5,516 nt of DNA from Raphidiopsis brookii D9 (lineage in GTDB: Bacteria > Cyanobacteriota > Cyanobacteriia > Cyanobacteriales > Nostocaceae): positions 1-5,516 of the forward strand of contig ACYB01000013.1 in NCBI GenBank assembly GCA_000175855.1, given 5' to 3'. The notes under the pieces were generated by a model. That model was not told the DNA's origin. It saw nothing but the letters and a program-made list of their open reading frames with translations, and searched no databases. This document shows positions 1-5,516 of the stretch, one piece after another. Position numbers and translations under genes: made by a program. Within the stretch, counting starts at the first letter, position 1; every line of letters begins with the position of its first letter.

Positions 1-15
1 CTTTTTACAGTATCT

Positions 16-49
16 CTAACCTGCATTATTCATGAAGGCAAAAACAGGA
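16..49 (+). repeat. Left copy of a 34-bp perfect inverted repeat (CTAACCTGCATTATTCATGAAGGCAAAAACAGGA)
   Basis: Exact reverse complement of 5350..5383 by direct reading. Weaker similarity continues outward to the window edge: TTTTTACAGTATCTC-TAACC versus the complement of the right copy TTTTTGCC-TATCTCACTAACC. Confidence 0.93.
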
Positions 50-183
50 AAAACAAAACCTAACATTTATACCCAATTTATGGCGGAACTAACTTAATAA
101 GTAAGGCATTTACTGATAAAATCTGAACGGTACTAAAATTAAGTATCGCCAGAAGTCATTCGTCGTAGGGTGCGGGAGTAAAT

Positions 184-647
184 ATGCAGTATCAGACCAC
201 TATTGAGCCAATATCTATACAAAAGCAGTTCCCTCTGACTACTGTAGGAGCGCTGGTTATCAATTCTCTCGGACAGGTCTTAATTGTTAAATCTACGAAG
301 TGGCGGGGTGCTTGGGGTGTACCAGGGGAAAAGTAGATTGGGCTGAAACTCTAGAATCTGCACTTTTGAGGGAGTTTCGGGAAGAAGTCGGGTTAGACTT
401 AACTAATGTGCGTTTTGCGTTGCTACAAGAAGCAGTGCTGGACTCACAATTTGTGCGACCTGCCCATTTTATTATGATCAACTATTACGCATTTTCACGT
501 AAAGATACGATTACACCTAATGAAGAAATTGAGGAATGGGCTTGGGTGACTCCCGCACAAGCAAAGGAATATCCTCTCAATAGTTATACCCAAGTATTGA
601 TTGAGGATTTTGTAGAAAATAACATTGGTAGTTTATATAGGAATTAG
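184..647 (+). pseudogene. Nudix hydrolase, split by an apparent 1-nt deletion at 325..328 (possible sequencing error)
   Basis: ATG 184 preceded by GGGAG (174..178). Frame 1 reads [50 protein letters not shown] and stops at TAG 334..336. The -1 frame continues [25 protein letters not shown]..., a full Nudix box GX5EX7REUXEEXGU. Adding one G to the GGGG run restores WGVPGGKVDWAE and one continuous ORF to 647. Confidence 0.85.
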
Positions 648-658
648 GTCTAAGAATA

Positions 659-1378
659 ATGCTGAAAAAAGCACTGGTGACTGGATCATCATCGGGAATT
701 GGTAAGGCGATCGCTCTCGATTTAGCTGCTAAAGGATTTGATGTAGCATTTCATTGTCATAAAAGTGTGGAAGCCTGTAATCAAGCCCGTCAGGAAGGTG
801 CTAAGTACGGCGTAAAAACTGTTGCTTTACAAGCGGATCTGAGAAATCCTGAACAAGCGGAGTTTTTGGTCAAAAATGCTGCTGAGGAATTGGGAGGTCT
901 ATCTGTCGTTGTCAATAATGTGGGTAACTACTTAGACAGACCAACGAGCCAATTATCAGTAGAAGAATGGCATGAAATTATTAATTCTAATCTCCATGGG
1001 ACATTTTATGTCACTAAAGCTGCACTACCTTACCTGAAAGCTGCTAATGGGGGACGTATCATTAATATTGGTTGTGCTGGTGCCCAAAATCTCCTAGCGC
1101 GTTACACTAACACACCTTACTTAATTGCTAAAACTGGCATTATTATCTACTCAAGATCTTTAGCAAAGGAAGTAATTACAGATAAAATTACTGTTAATGT
1201 TGTATCTCCAGGAATAGCAGAAAATTCCTTTGATTTAGAGGAATCTCTACCTGAACTACCTACTAAGCGACCTGCAACTTTACAAGAACTTGTTCATGCA
1301 GCTTGGTTTTTTATTAGTCCAGAATCTGATTATATCACAGGACAGGTATTAGACGTTTCGGGAGGATGGAGGTTGTAA
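659..1378 (+). CDS. SDR family NAD(P)-dependent oxidoreductase (pteridine/sepiapterin/3-oxoacyl-ACP reductase-like)
   Basis: 239 aa. Contains the Rossmann motif TGSSSGIG, an NNVGN motif, YLIAK (YxxxK catalytic pair), NVVSPGI, and the C-terminal GQVLDVSGGW. Starts 11 nt after the Nudix stop. Confidence 0.92.
   Translation: MLKKALVTGSSSGIGKAIALDLAAKGFDVAFHCHKSVEACNQARQEGAKYGVKTVALQADLRNPEQAEFLVKNAAEELGGLSVVVNNVGNYLDRPTSQLSVEEWHEIINSNLHGTFYVTKAALPYLKAANGGRIINIGCAGAQNLLARYTNTPYLIAKTGIIIYSRSLAKEVITDKITVNVVSPGIAENSFDLEESLPELPTKRPATLQELVHAAWFFISPESDYITGQVLDVSGGWRL
707..714. repeat. HIP1 octamer GCGATCGC; further copies at 2686..2693, 3300..3307 and 4902..4909
   Basis: Direct string match. HIP1 over-representation is an established cyanobacterial genome signature. 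Confidence 0.9.
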
Positions 1379-1467
1379 TCAGGTGTGATGATGATTTGGT
1401 TATTTTTGCTCAATGCTTGTGAACAGCTAATAAAAAACTATTGTCTATCAAAAAAAGGATTGGAAAT

Positions 1468-2820
1468 ATGTTGACGATTGAATACATTTATGAAATACAT
1501 GAAAAATATCATGATGCTTTGCAAGTAAAAGTAGAAGAATTTACAATTGGTGATAAAAAATTTAATTTTAATACTGACTCAGCAATTTTAGGAGTGATTA
1601 ATCTTTCTAATGATTCTTGGTACAGAGAAAGCGTATGTTTAAGTTCAGAACAAGCTATTCGCAGAGGATTAGTATTAAAGGCTCAAGGTGCTGATATTAT
1701 AGATATTGGCGCAGAATCTACTTTAGAAAAAGCAGAAAGAGTTGAGGATATTCGCCAAAATTCCCAAATTTTACCAGTGCTAAGATCTCTGAGTCAACAA
1801 GGGGTTTTAACTTCTATTGAAACTTATTATCCTCAAGTGGCTAGAGAATGTTTACAAGCTGGCGCTAATGTGATTAATCTAACGGGTGCTTTTGATAGTG
1901 AGAAAATTTATCAAGCTGTATCTGAATTTGACGCTGGGGTGATTATCTGTTATGTTCAAGGGAAAAATGTCAGAGAAGTTGGTGATTTTGATTTTGGTGA
2001 TGATCCGACAAAATTAATGTATGAATATTTTGCTAATGAAATAGAAATAGCAGCTAAATTTGGGGTGAGAAAAATTTTTGTTGATGCTGGTTTGGGGTTT
2101 TATTATAAGAATCTCCAGGATAGTTCTTTGCGAATTCGTTATCAAATGAAAACTTTTTTGACTACTTTTAGACTGAGAAAATTAGGTTTTCCTGTCTGTC
2201 ATGCTCTCCCTCACGCTTTTGAATATTTTGGGGAAGAAGTAAGAAGTGCAGAATCATTTTTTGCGGTTTTAGCAGCATTAGGAAAAACAGATTTATTCAG
2301 AACTCATGAAGTTCCTAAAGTTAAAGCAGTGTTAGATACACTGTATTCATTTTTAATTATCCAATTATTGGGTAATTTAGGATATAATGATGACTTCAAA
2401 CCGGAATCTGAATCTTTTTTAGAAACTTGGATAATTGGTAAGGAATTCAGATTTGAAGCTGCTCACCAATTACCGAATCATGATGGTAAATGTGCTAGAT
2501 TACATGATCATTCTTGGCGCGGTGTTGTCTATGTTGCAGGGGATAAGCTGATAAACTCAGGTGTTAAACAGGGGATGATTATGGATTATGGTGATATATC
2601 AAAATACATAAAACCCCTGTTGGAAAATTATCTGGATCATTACCATTTAAATGAATCCACAGGTTTAGCTAATCCTACCAGTGAAGCGATCGCTAAATGG
2701 ATTTATGAACAGCTTGAACCCCAAATTCCTGGACTTGTCGCAGTTAGAATTGATGAAACTTGCACCAGTCAATGTATTTACTCAAAAGGAAAAGTTAATT
2801 TTTTTGGGCTTTTAAATTAA
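1468..2820 (+). CDS. Two-domain protein: diverged dihydropteroate synthase-like (pterin-binding) domain plus 6-pyruvoyl-tetrahydropterin synthase/QueD domain
   Basis: The ORF is open from TTG 1441, but in-frame ATG 1468 has an AGGA-containing Shine-Dalgarno-like site (AAAAAAGGAT) just upstream. DHPS-like half: ILGVINLSNDSWY, GADIIDIGAEST, TSIETYYPQVA, AGANVINLTGA, FVDAGLGF, RTHEVPKVKAV. PTPS half: FRFEAAHQLPNHDGKCARLHDH, MIMDYGDI, LDHYHLNE, NPTSEAIAKWIYEQL, DETCTSQCIYS. Confidence 0.9.
   Translation: MLTIEYIYEIHEKYHDALQVKVEEFTIGDKKFNFNTDSAILGVINLSNDSWYRESVCLSSEQAIRRGLVLKAQGADIIDIGAESTLEKAERVEDIRQNSQILPVLRSLSQQGVLTSIETYYPQVARECLQAGANVINLTGAFDSEKIYQAVSEFDAGVIICYVQGKNVREVGDFDFGDDPTKLMYEYFANEIEIAAKFGVRKIFVDAGLGFYYKNLQDSSLRIRYQMKTFLTTFRLRKLGFPVCHALPHAFEYFGEEVRSAESFFAVLAALGKTDLFRTHEVPKVKAVLDTLYSFLIIQLLGNLGYNDDFKPESESFLETWIIGKEFRFEAAHQLPNHDGKCARLHDHSWRGVVYVAGDKLINSGVKQGMIMDYGDISKYIKPLLENYLDHYHLNESTGLANPTSEAIAKWIYEQLEPQIPGLVAVRIDETCTSQCIYSKGKVNFFGLLN
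1582..2364 (+). other. DHPS-like TIM-barrel domain (approximate extent)
   Basis: Ordered match to DHPS motifs from ILGVINLSNDS to FRTHEV, with substitutions at several pocket positions. Confidence 0.8.
2440..2811 (+). other. 6-pyruvoyl-tetrahydropterin synthase / QueD domain (approximate extent)
   Basis: Zn-ligand histidines AAH and HDH, catalytic Cys in GKCxxxHxH, LDHxxLN, NPTxExxA and the ET(C)TS motif near the C terminus. Confidence 0.9.
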
Positions 2821-2830
2821 CATAAACAGC

Positions 2831-3355
2831 TTATAAATTGATAGACAAACTCACATCAGAACAGTCTAATTTTTGCAGGAGTTGTGAAATAGGTTCTCTA
2901 GAAAACGGTTCTATCCAATCTGGAGCAATTTCTGCTAATGGAACTAAAACAAAGGCTCTCTGGGTCATTCGAGGATGGGGAATTTGTAAATCTGGTGTTT
3001 CTAAAATCAAGTTATCAAATAATAGTACATCTAAATCTAGGGTTCTAGGTCCCCAACGTTCTTGACGAACTCGACCAAATTCTTGTTCAATATTGAGCAG
3101 AGTTTCTAGCAATTTATAGGGACTAAGTTGCACTTCTAAAATAGCAGCACCGTTTAAATAATCTGGTTGTGATGGTCCGCCTACGGGAGCGGTTCTGTAC
3201 CAACTAGATTGGGCTTTTATGGTAATACCTGGAGTTTTTTCCAGAGTTTTAATTGCACCTTCTAAAATGGCTAAAGATTCCCCTATATTGCTACCAAGAG
3301 CGATCGCACTTAATGAAGGTTTTATCGTTGTTCTCAGGTCAGATATATCAATCAT
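2831..3355 (-). CDS. folK: 2-amino-4-hydroxy-6-hydroxymethyldihydropteridine diphosphokinase (HPPK)
   Basis: 174 aa. Contains ALGSNIG, SSWYRTAPVGGPSQPDYLNGA, the signature ERWGPRTLDLDVLLFDN, IPHPRMTQRAFVLVPLAEIAP. Confidence 0.97.
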   Translation of the reverse strand: MIDISDLRTTIKPSLSAIALGSNIGESLAILEGAIKTLEKTPGITIKAQSSWYRTAPVGGPSQPDYLNGAAILEVQLSPYKLLETLLNIEQEFGRVRQERWGPRTLDLDVLLFDNLILETPDLQIPHPRMTQRAFVLVPLAEIAPDWIEPFSREPISQLLQKLDCSDVSLSINL

Positions 3356-3520
3356 AAATTTGTAGATGGTAGATGTCAGGAAATTATTAACATAATAATA
3401 ACATATTATCAGATATTTTCACAAAATTGCTTGATCTAAAAAACTGAATTTAGAGTATCATATAACTGATAACTACTGATTTAATTAACCAGGTTCATCA
3501 ACACCAAGGAATTTACTATT

Positions 3521-4519
3521 ATGTCTACAATCTCCAACGGCTTTGAAAAAGTATATGTCCATCCTAGTCAATTTCCCAACAAGGTTTATCAAGATTATTT
3601 AGATTGCTTTTCTGTAGGTAAAATAAATCATAAATTTCATTATGACAGTGTTAAACAAAGTCAGAAATGGTTAAAAATTCATGAATATTATTCTCCAGCT
3701 AGAACCAATGATGATTGTATTAATGCCTATGCAGTATGTTTTCAAAAAACTGCGGAATTTCTGGATATTAATACCAATATCCAAGTAATTGGATTAGGTT
3801 GTGGCGGTGGTGCAAAAGATCATCTTTTAGTATCTTATCTCTTCAATACAGAAAGGGAAATCATTTATTATCCTATTGATGTTAGTTTATCTCTGGCTTT
3901 AATTTCCGGTCAAAAAATTAGGGAATCTTATCCTCAAGTCTCTATACAGCCAATTGTTTGTGATTTACCTTGTGCTGATGATTTAATATTCCATCTTCAT
4001 GATCAAGGAGAAGGACACAGAAAGATCATCACATTTTTTGGGATGATTCCTAATTTTACTCCTGATGAAATATTGCCTATTTTAAGTAATTTTCTCCAAC
4101 CAGGAGATATTTTACTCATGAGTGCAAACTTAGCACCAGGAGACGATTATCTAACAGGAATTAACAAGATTTTGCCACAGTATGATAATGAATTAACCAA
4201 AGATTGGTTAATGACAGTGTTAGTTGACGCAGGGATAAATCGAGACCATGGGACTATTAAATTTTCCCTAAAAGATGATCCAAACCATCAAGAATTAACA
4301 AGAATTAATGCTCAGTTTGAAGTAGAAACTAATATAGATTTGAAATTAGATGATCAAATCATGCACTGGAAAAATGGTGATCAAATTCAATTATTTTTCT
4401 CCTATCGTTATACAACTACTAAACTGCAAAACATTCTCAAACAATATGATATTATCATCCTAGATTATTGGGAAGGTGCAAATCAAGAAGAGGGAGTTTA
4501 TTTTTGTCAAAAGATATAA
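3521..4519 (+). CDS. SAM-dependent methyltransferase of the EgtD-like / histidine-specific methyltransferase (Methyltransf_33) family
   Basis: 332 aa. Contains VIGLGCGGGAKD (SAM-binding loop), YYPIDVSLSLAL, PIVCDL, ITFFGMIPNFTPDEILPIL, LQPGDILLMSANLAPGDDY, ILPQYDNELTKDWLM. AAGGA lies at 3506..3510 upstream of ATG 3521. Confidence 0.82.
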   Translation: MSTISNGFEKVYVHPSQFPNKVYQDYLDCFSVGKINHKFHYDSVKQSQKWLKIHEYYSPARTNDDCINAYAVCFQKTAEFLDINTNIQVIGLGCGGGAKDHLLVSYLFNTEREIIYYPIDVSLSLALISGQKIRESYPQVSIQPIVCDLPCADDLIFHLHDQGEGHRKIITFFGMIPNFTPDEILPILSNFLQPGDILLMSANLAPGDDYLTGINKILPQYDNELTKDWLMTVLVDAGINRDHGTIKFSLKDDPNHQELTRINAQFEVETNIDLKLDDQIMHWKNGDQIQLFFSYRYTTTKLQNILKQYDIIILDYWEGANQEEGVYFCQKI

Positions 4520-4626
4520 AACAAAAACATCTCCTTGTAGGTAGGGTTTGCAAAAATAAGCCAAGGACATTAGAGGATGTTTGAAAAGTCTAATTTGGGC
4601 GATTAGAAATCACATCTACACAGACA

Positions 4627-4646
4627 AAACCTGCCTACGCAGGTTT
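4627..4646. repeat. Hairpin AAACCTGC-CTAC-GCAGGTTT, part of a short interspersed repeat-like block
   Basis: Perfect 8-bp stem with 4-nt loop by direct reading. The surrounding ACACAGACAAAACCTGCCTACGCAGGTTT resembles short dispersed repeats common in Nostocales genomes (from memory; not searched). Confidence 0.7.
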
Positions 4647-4688
4647 CAAATTCTTAATTTTTCGTATATTAATTTGTATAAATCTGGC

Positions 4689-4701
4689 GGGCAAGATGCC
4701 C
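4689..4701. repeat. Short hairpin GGGCA-AGA-TGCCC within TGGCGGGCAAGATGCCCACCCCACAA
   Basis: 5-bp perfect stem. The longer string resembles an interspersed cyanobacterial intergenic repeat, recalled rather than searched. Confidence 0.6.
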
Positions 4702-4771
4702 ACCCCACAATATCTAACAGTGGTAAAAATTCATACTTTCCTTCAGCAAGTCAAAAAAATAGACATTTGCT

Positions 4772-5139
4772 TCATAAATTTGATTTGCTTCTAGTCAATT
4801 CAATGCGAATATTACCATCAAAATCAGGAATTGGTGCAGCAGGTTTAATGAGAGTAACTTGTACTTGGGTAGTCAGACTACTTTCTTGAAGAATAGCATC
4901 AGCGATCGCACCTGCCAACCTTTCCAATAAATCAAATTTAGATGTTGTCAGCAAGTTTTGGACTAAACTAATAACACTACGATAATCTACTGTATCTTTA
5001 ATAGCATCAGTCTTTGCAGCTTGAGCAAGATCCACCCATAATTTCAAATCTACCTCAAACCATTGTCCTAATACCTTTTCCTCCGGTAATACCCAACATA
5101 ACCATAACCGCGAATCCCTGTCAAATGAATACAGTCCAT
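4772..5139 (-). pseudogene. folB: Dihydroneopterin aldolase, split by an apparent 1-nt deletion near 5084..5087 (possible sequencing error)
   Basis: From ATG at 5139..5137 the minus strand reads MDCIHLTGIRGYGYVGYY then RRKRY*. In the -1 frame it reads PEEKVLGQWFEVDLKLWVDLAQAAKTDAIKDTVDYRSVISLVQNLL...FDLLERLAGAIADAIL...VQVTLIKPAAPIPDF. One added base restores about 122 aa of uninterrupted FolB. The provided 4772..5047 ORF is only the downstream part, beginning at an internal TTG. Confidence 0.87.
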
Positions 5140-5271
5140 AAAACTCTGATTATAAATCATCAACTGACCATTTTAGATTTTAAATTAAATAACCCAGACC
5201 AAATCTAAAATTAAATTCAGATAAATTAAGAATTTATCTTTCTATAATGTTTTTACATTCATCTATTACGA

Positions 5272-5346
5272 ATGAAAGCAGCAGAAATTATTCAGCAAGC
5301 CCTATTTAATTTTCCAGTAGTTGCACTTAGTAATGTAAGTTGCTAG
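5272..5346 (+). pseudogene. Possible 5' remnant of an AAA/DUF4143-type ATPase gene (MKAAEIIQQALFNFPVVALSNVSC*)
   Basis: The string IIQQALFNFPVVAL resembles the N terminus of ATPases that continue LLGPRQ.GKTT. Here the similarity stops after VVAL and the right inverted-repeat copy begins within 30 nt. Confidence 0.35.
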
Positions 5347-5349
5347 TTA

Positions 5350-5383
5350 TCCTGTTTTTGCCTTCATGAATAATGCAGGTTAG
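5350..5383 (-). repeat. Right copy of the 34-bp inverted repeat (TCCTGTTTTTGCCTTCATGAATAATGCAGGTTAG on the + strand)
   Basis: Exact reverse complement of 16..49. Confidence 0.93.
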
Positions 5384-5516
5384 TGAGATAGGCAAAAATA
5401 TTTCCTAGTGTCTGTAACCACTGATTAAAGCAGAATTAAATCTAGTCAATATACACACGATGTAGACTTTACAGTTGTAGTTTAGTCTTTCCAGTCTTTT
5501 ATATAAACTTGACAAG

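Noticed and set aside
293-481. Minus-strand ORF of 62 aa opposite the Nudix gene
   Set aside because: Low-complexity Ser-rich translation, antisense to a clear Nudix coding region; shadow ORF.
1441-1467. TTG 1441 as the start of the fusion protein
   Set aside because: In-frame ATG 1468 has a better-placed ribosome binding site, while the nine extra residues (MSIKKRIGN) overlap that site.
2838-3065. Plus-strand ORF of 75 aa
   Set aside because: Entirely antisense to the conserved folK C-terminal half, with no recognisable motif.
3356-3520. ACTGAT-type short repeats in the folK/methyltransferase divergent intergenic region
   Set aside because: Short, AT-rich and irregular. It must contain promoters for both genes but no specific operator or CRISPR-like unit is supportable.
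4581-4889. Plus-strand ORF of 102 aa
   Set aside because: Reads through the hairpin repeat block and then antisense through folB, so it is explained by those features.
5014-5208. Plus-strand ORF of 64 aa
   Set aside because: Antisense to the 5' part of folB and then AT-rich intergenic sequence; no family-like motif.
5174-5213. Inverted pair TTTTAGATTT / AAATCTAAAA as a structured RNA or terminator
   Set aside because: Pure A/T-rich stem with a 20-nt loop in an AT-rich intergenic region; weak and expected by composition.

Overview
AT-rich, cyanobacterial-looking window; four HIP1 GCGATCGC octamers and Nostocales-type short hairpin repeats support this assignment. It carries a compact set of pterin/folate-type genes. 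In order they are: (1) a Nudix hydrolase split by an apparent 1-nt deletion inside its Nudix box; (2) a short-chain dehydrogenase/reductase; (3) a two-domain protein joining a strongly diverged dihydropteroate-synthase-like domain to a 6-pyruvoyl-tetrahydropterin synthase/QueD domain; (4) a canonical folK on the minus strand; (5) an EgtD-like (Methyltransf_33 type) SAM methyltransferase; (6) a folB on the minus strand, split by another apparent 1-nt deletion. The set is bracketed by a perfect 34-bp inverted repeat (16..49 and 5350..5383) about 5.3 kb apart. Next to the right copy is a 24-codon ORF that looks like the truncated start of an ATPase gene. The best candidate for something undescribed is the DHPS-like/PTPS fusion, whose DHPS half keeps the fold motifs but has lost several substrate-binding residues, together with its SDR, Nudix and methyltransferase neighbours as a possible dedicated pterin pathway. 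No function beyond family level can be proved from sequence alone.
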